In this document: positions 27,557 through 40,645 of the stretch, piece after piece
Layout: every line of letters starts with the position of its first letter
How positions within the stretch are numbered: the first letter of the stretch is position 1
Assembly (NCBI GenBank): GCA_963693365.1
Contig: CAVNZM010000009.1
Coordinates: 5,648,245-5,712,244, forward strand
Source of the DNA: Amoebidium appalachense
Taxonomy: Eukaryota; Protista; Ichthyosporea
DNA: 64,000 bases
Direction: 5' to 3'
The notes under the pieces: generated by a model
The model's database searches: none
Told to the model about the DNA's origin: nothing
What the model saw: only the letters and a program-made list of their open reading frames with translations
Position numbers and translations under genes: made by a program

Positions 27557-28759
27557 ATGAGATTATCTAAGCTGCTTTTTGTGGCTGTATTAGCCGTTCT
27601 TTCTTTTATATCTTTCGTCCTAGCTGATACCGATTACTATGACATCTTGGGGGTGAGTCCGTCAGCCACCGATGCAGAGATCAAGAAGGCGTATAGAAAG
27701 CTAGCCAGGGAGCACCACCCAGACAAGAACAAGGGCAACGAGGAGGCAAACGAGACCTTCCAGAAGATCGCAGAAGGTACCCCATCTTCTCCGGCTTGCC
27801 GGCAACAGGAAGCTTCTTCGTTTTTGCACAAGCATTGGCAGAGTTTGATGTGTGTGGTCGGGGTGGGTGGGAGAGTCGGACGTGGGTGCGTGTTGAATGG
27901 GAATGGGAAGGGAGGGAGGGGAGGGGAGGCGGGGGGAGGAGGGAGGGAGAGAGAGAGGGAGAGAGAGGGACATTTGATAATGCTGCTTTTTTATTTTATT
28001 TTATTTTTGGGGGGGGGAGGGGGAGGGGGGGTATGTGGCGTGGCTTTCAGTTAGTCTACTGCATCTTTGCCATCAGTCAGTAAGGGTGATGGCTGCTTAG
28101 ACCACTATGCGGTTCACTGGCTTTGCTTTCGCTTTCCTGGTTTGTGAGCTTGCTGGTGGTGAAAAGGCCGTGTGCCTGCGCTGCTGTCTATGGACCCAAA
28201 AATCTACTGGGTACAGTACTGGGGGAGGGTACAGGGCAGGAGGTTTGGGTCTAGTGTGTGTGTGTGTGTGTGTTGGGGGGAGGGGAGGGGGGGGTTCTGG
28301 GTGGAAGGGGAGGGGGGGGGGTTGTTTGTTGGCGGAGACGGGGAAGGAGGAAGAGCAAATGGTAAAACCTTGTTTGATGCTGGTGAGGAAAAATTGTGCG
28401 TGGGTTGGAGGTAAGTAGAGCAGAGATACGACTATGGTTGTTAGATTATGTGGTGGGGGGAGGGGAGTTGGAGGGGGGAGGGGGGAGGGGAGGGAGGAGG
28501 GAGAAGAGGGGGGGGAGGTGGGGGGGGGGAGGAGGAGGGGCTGCAGTGGGAGGGCTGCAGCAGGTGTGAGCTGAAGGTATATGTTCAGCATACGAGGTGC
28601 TGAGCGACTCAGAGAAGAGAAACACGTACGACCAGTATGGCAAGGAGGGCCTGAAGCAAGGCGGCGGGGGTGGTGGTGGCCCCTTTGGCTTCGACGGGTA
28701 CGTGTGTGTGTGTGTGTGCGCATGCGCGCGTGTGTGGGTGTGTGGGTGTGTGTGTGTGT

Positions 28760-28826
<67 letters not shown>

Positions 28827-29791
28827 CGCGTGTGCCTGGTGTGGGTGGGTGGATGGAAGGCTGGGTGGTTGGTTTTCTTTCTTTCTTTCTTTTCTTTTGG
28901 TGTCTGTGTGTGTGGGGGAAAGGGGGGGGGAGGGGCAGGGGGGGGATGCAGGGGGGCGTTTTCCTTCTTCATCTGAGTTTGTAATGAAGTTTTCTCTTTT
29001 TGTAATTTTAATTTATCAATGTTTTTTTTGGGGGGGGGAGGGGTGGGGGGAGGGGGTGGGGTCGGGACAAGAGAGGTGGGGGTGTGAGGGGGGGAGGGGA
29101 GGGGGGAGGGGTGTTGTACGGAAATGGTGCCTGTGTGTGCTGTCTTGAGGCCGTATGGGTAGGCTGGCTCTGTGCACCCTTAGTGCTTGCCGTGTCCTCC
29201 ATGTCCTTGGCCTATGCTTCAGCGGATTATCAGGCTTTCCCTCCCTCGTCTTCACCTCCCCCCCTTCCCCCCACCCCCCACATACACACACACACACCTT
29301 TTGAGTGCCGGCTGCACTGTGGTGTCATTTTCCTGCTCTTCTGTGTGTTGGTGTGTCATGGGCCCTGCAGCATGGCACCCACCTGACGCAATGCATTGCA
29401 GCTTCTTTGGGGGCAACAGGGGCAGGCAGGGCAAGCCAAAGGGGCCTGAGGTGCGCCAGCCACTGGACACCAGTCTGGAGGACCTGTATCTGGGCCGCAC
29501 TATAGAGGTGGGGCGCACTTATATCTATGAACCACTATGGAGGTGGGGGCACTTATATATCTGGGCCGCACTATGGAGGTGTGGGTGGGTGCGGGTGGGG
29601 TGGGTGGGTGGGGTGGGTGGGTGGGTTGGCTGGGTGGTTGGGGGGAGGGGGGGGGGGGGGGAGGAGGGGGAAGGGGGGGTCCACAGGATGTGCTCGGGGT
29701 GTGGGACTGTGTGCATGTGGGGAGGATTTGATGTATTGGGGGGGGGGGGGGGGGGGGGAGGGGGCTGGGAAGGCGTGAAGGTGTTTATTTG

Positions 29792-29837
<46 letters not shown>

Positions 29838-30237
29838 CTGGTGGTGATAATGAATGTGTTTGTGTGGGTGGGTGGGAGTTTGGGGGGGGGAGGTGAGAAG
29901 GGAGGGGTGATGGGTGTGTGTGTGTATGAACGAGGGAGGTGGGGGGGGAGGCTGGGGGAGGGGGGGAGCCCGGTGGGACCGGGGTGAATCTGTGTGTGTA
30001 ATGGGTGTGAGGGGAGAGGAGAGAGGAGGGAGGGGGGACGGTTGAGGTACAGGGGTATGGGATGGTGTTGATGTGCAGACTGATGAAACGGCAGAGAAGA
30101 CAAGCAGTTATTGGCAGATCCTTTTGTCTGTGTGCGTCTCTATGTTTGTGTTTGTGGGGGGTTGGGTTCTGTTTTTTTGTTTTTTTTGGTGTGTGTGTGT
30201 TGGGGGAGGGGGGGGGGGGGACTGAGATCCGTTCGTT

Positions 30238-30312
<75 letters not shown>

Positions 30313-30894
30313 TGGTTTTGGACGTAGTATGTGTGTGTGTGTCTGTGTGTATGTGTGTGTGTTGGTGATCGGGTAGGGAGGGTTTGGCCCACATGCAGAG
30401 AAGATGTCCTGATGGTAAAGTTGGGGAGGGGGAAATATGGAGGCTGGGCAGGATGGATGATGGACGGCTTGGGCACATGTGGGAGGAGTGGCACAATGGG
30501 CCAACAATCCGATGATGGTTTGGGGAGGGGGGGGGCGGAGTGAGGGAGGAAGGGGGGGGGGAGGGGGGGGGGGGCCCGAGGGGCGAAGGAAGTTGTCGTG
30601 GTTGTGGTGTGTCGTGTGATTTAAAGGGGAGACAGACTTTCTAATGCCGTGTGCGCAGGTGGAGGTAGTGAACCAGCAGCTGTGCCCGCACTGCCGGGGC
30701 ACAGGGGCCAACAGCAAGGCCGACATCGAGACATGCAACGTGTGCGGAGGCAGCGGCGTGCAGATCATTAGGCAGCAGGTGGCTCCTGGGTTCATACAGC
30801 AGGTCCAGAAGACGTACGTGCACCCCCATGAGTGCGCACGTGTGTGTGTGTGTGGGCTGTATCTGTGTGTGTGTGTGTGTGTGTGTGTGAAGTA

Positions 30895-30948
<54 letters not shown>

Positions 30949-31003
30949 ATCTGTGTGTGTGGGGGGGGGCTGTATCTGTGTGTGTGTGTGTGTGTATGCT
31001 GTA

Positions 31004-31043
<40 letters not shown>

Positions 31044-31274
31044 ATCTGTGTGTGTGTGGGGGGGCTGTATCTGTGTGTATGTGTATGTGCTGTATCTGTC
31101 TGTGTGTGTGTGCTGTATCTGTGTGTGGGGGGGCGCTGTATCTGTGTGTGCGGTGCGTCGGGGCATCTTTTCTTCTTTATGCCCTTGGTGGCTCACCTCT
31201 CTAAGCGCACCAACAGACCACCGAGGGTTTGTTTTCCTGGACTGCCCTCTGACTGGAGACAGATCGATGCTAGG

Positions 31275-31307
<33 letters not shown>

Positions 31308-31354
31308 GTGTGCAGCGATTATGAGGCCACCACATAGGCCTCCATACACACATT

Positions 31355-31398
<44 letters not shown>

Positions 31399-31922
31399 GT
31401 TCATCCTTACAGCGCGTGCATGCACGTGTGGCTGTTCTGACGTGTGTGTGGTGTGCAGGTGCCCCAAGTGCGGGGGCAAGGGGCGGATGATCAAGAAGGT
31501 GTGCAAGGTGTGCGGGGGCAAGAAGGTCGTGAGGGGGGCCAGCACCCTGAGGATCGAGATAGAGCAGGGCATGGCCAGCGACCATCAGATTGTATCCTGA
31601 TTGTCATTTGGATGGGGGGGGGGGGGGGGGGGGGGGGGGGGAGGAGTCTTCTTGTTTTGTTTTGTTTTGTTTTGTTTTGTATTATGTTCCATTGTGGTTG
31701 TGTTTTTTTGTGTGGGTGTGTTTGTGTGTTTGTATGCCTGTATTTGTGGAGAGGGGGGAAAGAGGAGGGTAGGGGAGAGGGGGAAGGGTGGGGAGGAGAG
31801 GGGAGTTGGGGGGGTAAATGTGTAGGTGGCAGGTGAATGGGTGTCTATGCGCAAAGAATGGTCTTGAGTGGGACATGGTTGCGAGGTGTGGCTGCTGCGT
31901 GGGGACTGTCAGGATAGAAGGA

Positions 31923-31999
<77 letters not shown>

Positions 32000-32062
32000 G
32001 TGTGTGTGTGCACGCGCGCATGTGCGTATGCGTTTTTCTGTGTGCCTGTGCGTGTGTGTGTG

Positions 32063-32110
<48 letters not shown>

Positions 32111-32493
32111 TGTGTTTGTTCGTGAATTGTTTGGAACCAGACATGCACAGCCCACGTGGGGTGTGTGGCTGCACCGTAGACTTGCCATTTGGATCCTTGA
32201 CCGTATTCAGGTATTCCCCCGTGCCGGTGACCAGGGTCCCGACATGATTGCCGGGGACGTAGTCTACGTGCTGCAGACTAGCCCCCACCCCGTGTTTGAG
32301 CGCAAGGGCAGCCACCTGCACACACGCATGACTGTGAGCCTGAAGGAGGCCCTGCTGGGCTTTGAGAGGACAATCAAGCATTTGGATGGGAGGGTGGTCA
32401 CGGTCAAGAGGGAGAGCGTCACACAGCCAGGTAAAGGGTGTTGCATACCGAGGGAAGGGGGGGGGGGGGGGGGGGGGTGGGAGGGTTGTGTGT

Positions 32494-32524
<31 letters not shown>

Positions 32525-32984
32525 GGGGGGGGGAGGGGGAACAGGGTCGTATGGACTGTATGGGTGTTCATGTGCTGGGAGGGGGTGGGGTGTCTGGCTG
32601 TGCGTGCCTGTAAGCTGCACTACGTTTGTTTATCGTGGTGTCGGGTTTTGGGGGGGGGGGAGGGGGGGGGGAGGTAGTGGCAATAGGTTCGCACGGTGGG
32701 GGGGTGCATGACAATGTGTACCGGGGGAGGGGGTGAAGGGGCATAACAATATGTGCTCATGGTGGGGGGCTGCAGGGCAAGTGATTACTTTGACGGGTGA
32801 GGGCATGCCCAAGCACCAGTTCCCGTCTGAGTTCGGCAACCTGTACGTGGAGGTCATGGTGGTGCTGCCGCAGAAGATCGATGCAGACATGAAGGACGGT
32901 AGGTGCTGTGTGCGTGTGTGTGTGTGTGTGTGTTTGGAGGGGGGGAGGCGGGGGGAAAGGGACGGTATGTGCTTGTGTGTGTTT

Positions 32985-33015
<31 letters not shown>

Positions 33016-33423
33016 GGGGGTATGTGCGTGTGTGTTTTTTTTTTTGGGGGGGGGGGGGAGGGGGGGAGGGGGGGGGGGGGGAAGGGAGGGAGGGTATGGC
33101 CTTCTCTGTGTTTGTGGGGGGGGGGGGGGGGGGGGGGGAGGGGGAGGGGGAGGGGAGGGGGGGGGGGAGAAGGCGTGTGTGGGTGTGTGCGTCCATGCAT
33201 GCATGGGTGTGGGTGTTTTTTTGGGGGGGGGGGACGGGAGGAGGGGAGTGTGTGTGTGTGTGTGTGTCTCTCCGGAAAGGGGGGGAGAAGCGCGTGTGCA
33301 TGTATGCAGGCGTGCAAGTGTTTTTTTTTCCTCCCCCCGTGTGTGTGTGTGTGTCTCTCCGGAAAAGGGGGGAGAAGCGCGTGTGCATGTATGCAGGCGT
33401 GCAAGTGTTGTTGTTTTTTTTCT

Positions 33424-33464
<41 letters not shown>

Positions 33465-33658
33465 TATATACGCGGGCTAAGGGGTCGAAACTCAGACGCA
33501 ATTGATGACTTGGGCCCTCCCTGAGGATGGGCTCTGCTTATGACGCATACTGTGCGCATGGCTATGTTGCATACTTAAATGTTTGCCTTTGCATGTGTCC
33601 TTCGTGTATGCGTACTTCGTAACCGTGTTCCGCTTTCAAACCCCCCCCCCCCCCCCCC

Positions 33659-33702
<44 letters not shown>

Positions 33703-33876
33703 CTGTTTGGTTCTTGTGTGTTCCTTTTACAGTCTCGGTGAACTTGTTGCAATGGCGGTCAAGGCCAAAAAATCATATGGTAAACAACAGAGTTTGAGGT
33801 TGAGGCTGTGTGGGAGACACTGACTGACCCCCCACCCCCACCCCTTCCCACACGTGTACACGCACACAAACACATA

Positions 33877-33957
<81 letters not shown>

Positions 33958-34025
33958 CACCACCACCACCACCATAACACCATATCACCCTCACCCCTCT
34001 AGGCTTGGCCAAGTTGTTGCAATAG
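27557..34025 (+). CDS. DNAJB11: ER-lumenal DnaJ co-chaperone (ERdj3/Scj1 type) with signal peptide, J domain and CxxCxGxG repeats
   Basis: Signal peptide [37 protein letters not shown] region, [51 protein letters not shown]; last exon most plausibly 34003-34025 (GLAKLLQ*). Confidence 0.92.
29487..29584 (+). repeat. Three ~35-bp tandem copies spanning a DNAJB11 exon end and splice donor
   Basis: TATCTGGGCCGCACTAT(A/G)GAG|GTG unit repeated; GT donors at 29508, 29543 and 29579. Confidence 0.85.
33250..33408. repeat. Local duplication (~70-bp unit) in a DNAJB11 intron
   Basis: GTGTCTCTCCGGAAA..GGAGAAGCGCGTGTGCATGTATGCAGGCGTGCAAGTGTT occurs twice. Confidence 0.9.
33482..33551 (+). repeat. Dispersed 70-nt intronic element, copy 1
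   Basis: Ungapped 57/70 match (manual count) to the reverse complement of 53054-53123. Confidence 0.85.
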
Positions 34026-34195
34026 GTCTGGCTGCAGGGCTGAAACGTCATTGGAGGACAATTACAAAGGATTGCGGGGTGAACGCCAAACGAAGGTGCA
34101 TGTACATAGTTGGGGCTGTAGGGGTGCATGGGCGCACACAGCCCACCAACCTTGTGGGAACAGTGCACCTGTACACATACATGCATTCAAGGAGA

Positions 34196-34270
<75 letters not shown>

Positions 34271-34861
34271 GGGCTGTAGCCACCCACATACATAGACAAA
34301 CCAGCAACACGTAGCCACCACCCCGGCTGTGCCGGGGGTTGCTGGCTGAGGCTCAAGCTCGAACGAACACAAATACAGCCCTACAGACTCTGAGCCATCC
34401 TGGGTGTATGCATGGCATGGTCGTGGGAGCAGTGTGTCTGCCATGTGTTATGCCATAGACCATATCGATATGAGCCTGTGAGTGCAATTGTACCGCGTGC
34501 ACTTGGCTGAAGTAATTCGCCAGTCATAGGACCAATCTAGCTAACCTAGAGGGCCTACCTGCCTAGGCTTGGTCTCTAAATTGAAATTCCCATTCTCTGT
34601 ACACATGTCCCCAACGTACGTGTGCCTGAAAATGGATTCAAATTTAAAACCCCTTGGGCCAAGCCCGAAGGAATTGTAGCATACACTGTCGTGTATGTTG
34701 AGGTGTACTGTTCTATTAGCCGTCCTGTGCATGCAGCTGGGTGCTGGTTTTTCTGCTGTTAACGTTACTCTGCTGTTTTGGTTGTGACATGACGTGTCAT
34801 GTACATGCGGGTTGGAGGCGCACCCAGCATGCAGAGGGTTTTGGGCTTCGGGGTAGCCTAT

Positions 34862-35548
34862 GGGCGTGTTTGGCAGCCGAAAACAATCGTATTCGTATTA
34901 TTGTGCGAAAAGACGATTAATCGTATTCATATAATTATTTTGAGGTATGGCGTATTTAGGGGTATTATGGCGCGCCAAAGTTTAAACACGCCTACACACG
35001 CAAGATATGCTCGCTCGATCGTATTTACGTTTCATCAATGGAATGCAAAAAGTGTATTGTTCAGATATTTGATTGGGCGGATGGATGTAAACCGATAATT
35101 ATACATTTGGTACTTCGAAGTGCATTTAAATGCCATATTTTGAGTGTAGTTTGCAACCTTTTATATCTATTTTGTTAATAAAGATACTTTGTTATACCTC
35201 CTATCACGTGTATTGTTTTTGATTCACTTCTATTGTAAAAAAGGCTTTTTTTTGGGAAAGAACAGGCACTGATCCGGTTTCCACCAACTGAGTGCCACTC
35301 AAAGCCAAAATAACCATAAATGTTTCGCGGCGATTCCAAAACTGGATTGGATCAGATCGATCCAATAGAAGCCTACTAAGCTTATGATTGGCTAAAAGTT
35401 ATATCGCGGAGGTGATTTTCGACAAGATGATCCCATCGTCTTTTCGCGAGTATATCTGCGGCGTGTTTGGCACGACACAAATTCGTGGTATTGCGCGAAA
35501 AGACGAATACGATGAAAAGACGATATAACGGCGCTGCCAAACGCGCCC
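34862..35548. mobile_element. PIF/Harbinger (Tourist-like) MITE, 687 bp
   Basis: TIRs GGGCGTGTTTGGCAGC / GCTGCCAAACGCGCCC (1 mismatch); 3-bp TSD TAT at 34859-34861 and 35549-35551; AT-rich non-coding interior with repeated GAAAAGACGA. Confidence 0.85.
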
Positions 35549-35631
35549 TATGCAATGTCTACGTATACACGTAGTGGCTGCCCCCCCCCCCCCGCCAAAA
35601 AGAGAGAGAGAGAGAGAGAGATATAGAGACT

Positions 35632-35729
<98 letters not shown>

Positions 35730-36144
35730 GTACACGTGTATGCCGCATACTGTGAAACACGTCATTGATCGATCCCACCGCAGGCCCAAGTTGGATCGGA
35801 CCTCGGAAGCTTTTATTGTGCTGTGTACATGTAGTTCGTATTGGCAACCCCACCGGTCCCCCAAGGCAGTGACACACATGCTTGTCAACGTTGAACACCA
35901 TACTAGCGCTAAGAACGTATACCGACGGACGCTGGCACGGCTACTGGCAACCATTATGTGCAGCGTATGTTTGTTCAGGCACACGACTTACACGTGCATC
36001 GTAAATACACAGCATACACAACACGTGTTTTTTTTCCATATGCAGGGCACGTGTACATGCAGTCGCCTTGCCATTATACCGCCTGGCCGGCCCAGCCAGC
36101 CATCCCCTCACGGGTCCACCACCACAGACCCGCTGTAGCAGCCT

Positions 36145-36196
<52 letters not shown>

Positions 36197-36273
36197 ACAA
36201 ACACACACAAACGCACAAAAACCCCTCACCCTTCCCCCCCGCCAAAAAACCACCCAAAAAAAAAAAAAACGCC

Positions 36274-36580
36274 CTATTGTGGCTTTGGCTTGATGTCGAA
36301 GCCCCTCCTCTGTGGTGCCTGTGTGCCCGCCTGCAAGCCAATCACATGTCAGCAACTTGAAGTGTGCACCATGTGGAATGAAAGGGGGAGGCTACTATGA
36401 GGGGCCACCAGCTGATACAACTCTACCCAATGCCAGTGGCTACCCGCTTGTGAATGTGTGGGCATGCTATAGTGTGCATGGAGGGGTGGGGCTACACCAA
36501 TCAAACACTTTATTAGGGAACCCGAAAGCCCCACACACCCCTGAAACCACACACACCCCTGCCTACCACACTCACCCCCC

Positions 36581-36613
<33 letters not shown>

Positions 36614-36728
36614 CCCCGCCCTCCCTCCATTGAACTACACCTCTCTGCAAAACACACCACCAATCTGACTCAACCCAGCCATAGACGTGGTCCAAGCCCA
36701 AAAACTTCTGTGCACAGTGTAGGATCGA

Positions 36729-36776
<48 letters not shown>

Positions 36777-37651
36777 TCCTTGCCCCCATCATCCCCCCCC
36801 TCCCCTTACCACTTGGCCAAAGATCTCCTTGACGGTGCCCAATGCCTGGGTGTCTGTCTGGCCCTGTGGGCGCAGGTCTGTGGCTCTGATCTTGGCCTTG
36901 ATCTGCTGCTCACGTATGTGCTGCTCCGCCTGGGGGGCAAAGGGTCGGCATCATGCACATATGCACACCACAAACACACATGTACAAAGCACACACACAA
37001 AACACACACGTGTACAACAAAGACGTGTACAACATGCATATGTACAACACACGTGAACCCCAAGAACACACACACTTTCCCACACAGACACACACACATG
37101 AGCGCAAACACAAGGCAACACCCAGGCCAGTGCCTACCAACGTAGAGTTCGTTTACGCACACACACACACGTGGGCATGGGTAGTGTCTTGTGTGTGTCT
37201 GAGGCCCAAGGGGGGCAAGCACCGTGCATACCATGCGGCATGATGGAATGTGCTAGAGAGGACACACCAGTGTGCTGGATGCATGCCTGTGCAGGCACAC
37301 GGATGCTTGGAGATGGCAAATGCCTAGGTAGGAAAGATTGTGTGTGCATGCATGTGTGTGTAGGTACCCCCGCCCCACGCGCCTGTGTGCCTGTAAGCGC
37401 ATAGCCAAGGCAAAGGTGTATGCTAATGTTGCGTTCTACTAACACCAAGATAGACTAAAGTAAATGTGTACTTTATGTGTCGTATGCTCGACTGATGCTC
37501 AGTGTGCTTTCATGTGGCGTGGTTTAGTGGCGCAAAGATGTGCTTTACATGTTGTGTATTTGGAAGGTCCTTTTCAACGCCCTCGTTGGGTGAATACATG
37601 TTCCTGTGCAAATGGCCTGCGTGTGTGTCTGTGTGCCTGCATGCATTGGCC

Positions 37652-37683
<32 letters not shown>

Positions 37684-37777
37684 CGTGTGTGTGTCTGTGT
37701 GCTTGCATGTATTGGCCTGTGTGTGTGTGTGTGTGTATGTATGCGTGTGTGTGTGTCTGTGTGCCTGCATGTATTGG

Positions 37778-37815
<38 letters not shown>

Positions 37816-38039
37816 TGTGTGTGTCTGTGGCCTGCATGTATTGGCCTGTGTGTGTGTGTGCCTGCATGTATTGGCCTCTCTCTCTCTGTGCGTGTGTGTG
37901 TGCCTGCATGTCTACTGCACCATCCCCCCCCCCCCCCCCCCCCAAAAAAAAAAAAAAAAAAAAACCACACCCACCCCACACCGCCTCTCTCTTTCTCCTC
38001 GTTTCCAAAGTTCGAAACCACTACCCTCCCCCTTAACAG

Positions 38040-38109
<70 letters not shown>

Positions 38110-38619
38110 ACCCACCTTAGCCATAGCCTCCTCCTTTGTCAGCCCCTCCGCCAGTTTGCTCTTGTGGACACTCACAAACCTGCATGCCCCTGTCAGTGCC
38201 ACTACCCCACATAGGCCAAATGTGCCTGCAATCACCCTATTCCCCCCCCCCCCCCCCCCCCCCCCCCCCAAAAATCCACACACCAGACACACACAAACAC
38301 ACACACACACACACACAACAGACACAACGTGTCATTTCATTCTTTCTTTTTCCTCTCTTCCTCATTCTCTAGCCAACTCCTCCCCCCCCTCAACCCACAC
38401 ATGGCCATATGCATTCATGCCCACCATTTGAGCAAACCCTAACCCTCGACGTTGCAGCCATTCCCGGTGACTCTCCAGCCCGCACAAAACGGTGACCAAG
38501 TTCACACCTTACTCACAATCATCTACCCCAATATTTTTTGGGGCGGTATCAAGACAAACAAAATGGAAAAAATCAAAAGATAATTTAACATCATGCACAG
38601 CACCCAATTGAACTGAAGA

Positions 38620-38664
<45 letters not shown>

Positions 38665-39713
38665 CTCTATCTCTCTCTCTCTCCCCACACACACACACAT
38701 ACACCACCTACACCCGTTTAACAATTGATTGACTATCTGCACCTGCCCTCCCCCCCCCCCCCCCCCCCTTTCACGGCAAGCACACGCCTGCACCTACTCG
38801 TCACACAGGTTCTTGCCGTGCGTGTCGTAGAAGGGCACAGCCTCCACCTCTGGGAACCGCTTGTAGAACACTCTGCTCCACTCTGGTCAGCACACTGACA
38901 CTTGGTGCATACAAGGCAACCCCCCCCTCCCCCCCAAAAAAACAAAAAAAAAAAAAAAAAAAAAAAACACACGACCACCACCACCACAAATCAAAAAGCA
39001 GTCCCCACATGCCCCACCAGACTTGATTGTTCCGCAGTCTCGCACTGCGCTTTCGTTCGTCTACTTGCACATGCTTTCAGTCGTCATGCCCCTGACAAAT
39101 CCCCTCTCGCTTATTCCTCTTCCCCCCCCCCCCCCCCCTCCCCTGAGGACACCACCCATCCTCCCTTTCACACTAGCATATTCCAGCAGTCAGGTGCACT
39201 GCCTCCCCCCTCCCCCCTCCCCCCACCCACCCACAATCATTCACTCACCACAAACCACCAGCCACGGCCAACCAGCAGCCCAGCCACCCACTTCCACACA
39301 CGCATCCCCCCCCCCCCCCCTCTTCCCCCCCACCCACACACACATCCACCCCCCCCCCCCCCCCCCCCCCCCCCCCCACAGCAGCACCCACTTTCTCAGG
39401 GCATCCTCGGGGAAGACTATGTTCTTCAGGTGGCCCTTTCTGCCAGGGTATGACTGTGGGGGGTGCTTGAGCACTACGTCGTACCAGCGGGGCTTGGGGA
39501 TGGCATTGATGCTGAGCAGCTGACGCACACTGAGAGGGGGGGTTAGTTGGGGTGTGGGTGCGGGGGGAGGGGGGGAGAAAAAGGAGGGGGGGGGGGGAAG
39601 GGGTAGAGAAACGTGGGGAGGAAGGGGGAGGAGAAGAGAAAGGCGGGATCAAAAGGGGCGGGGGGGGAGGAGAGGGATTGAGGGAGGGAGGGAGGGAGAG
39701 GGCGAGGGAGAGA

Positions 39714-39750
<37 letters not shown>

Positions 39751-39897
39751 GGGAAGGGAGAGAGCAAGGACGGGCGAGAGAACGAGAGAGAGAGAGAGAG
39801 AGAGGAGAGAGAAGGGGGAGAGACAGCGAGGGGAGAGGGCGGGGAAAAAGAGAGAGTGGGGGTGAAGAGAGAGACAGACAGACAGACAGAGGCAGAC

Positions 39898-39935
<38 letters not shown>

Positions 39936-40216
39936 GAGAGAGACATAGAGAGAAAGACACAGAGAGAGAGGCAAGGGAAGGGAGAGAGACAGCGAGGGTG
40001 GAGGGGGGGAAGAAGGAGAGAGAGCGGGGGTAAAGAGAGAGACAGAGGGAGGGAGAGAGAGAGAGAGAGAAATGGTGTGTGTGTGTGTGTGCTTTGAGGG
40101 AGGGGGGCAGTGGGGGATCGGATAACACCAAGCTACGACTGGCTGTACAAGCACAATATTGCCAACCAAGCAGTCAAGAGGCAGGGAGGCTAGAGGGGCA
40201 GCAGCAAGGCGATGCA

Positions 40217-40306
<90 letters not shown>

Positions 40307-40645
40307 GGAGTGAGCATGTGTTTACGTGTGTGTTTTGTGTGGGTGGGGTTTGTGTTCGTCCCTGCGTGCACAGTGTGTACCTGCATTTGAGATGCGGAAT
40401 GTGGCTGTATTTCTGGTGTGTGCTTCTGCGTGTTTCGAGGTTCGTGTCACTGTGTGTGTCCATGTGCGTCCCCGTCCGCAGGTGTATGCGTACAAGAGTG
40501 TGCACATAACCTGTGTATGCCCATGTGCATGTGTATGCGTGTGTGCCCGTGTATAGGTGTGTTCGCAGGCAGTTCGCGTGTGCACTCGAATTTAAGCACG
40601 TGTGTGCGGTCCAGCCAGCACTTACTTTGTAAAGACTTTGGCCAT
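36274..40645 (-). CDS. MRPS23: Mitochondrial small-subunit ribosomal protein mS23 (MRPS23/Rsm25-like), about 6 exons
   Basis: CCACCATGG start; spliced MAKVFTNVRQLLSINAIPKPRWYDVVLKHPP..IVFPEDALRKVFYKRFPE..CDEFVSVH..GLTKEEAMAK matches the P-x-WYDV..PP, I-x-[FY]PED-x-LR..FY pattern of mS23; last exon tentative. Confidence 0.8.

Noticed and set aside
33503-33545. SECIS element or complete hammerhead ribozyme
   Set aside because: Intronic, lacks the apical AA and 3' GA quartet of a SECIS; hammerhead core words are present but the required stems could not be formed.
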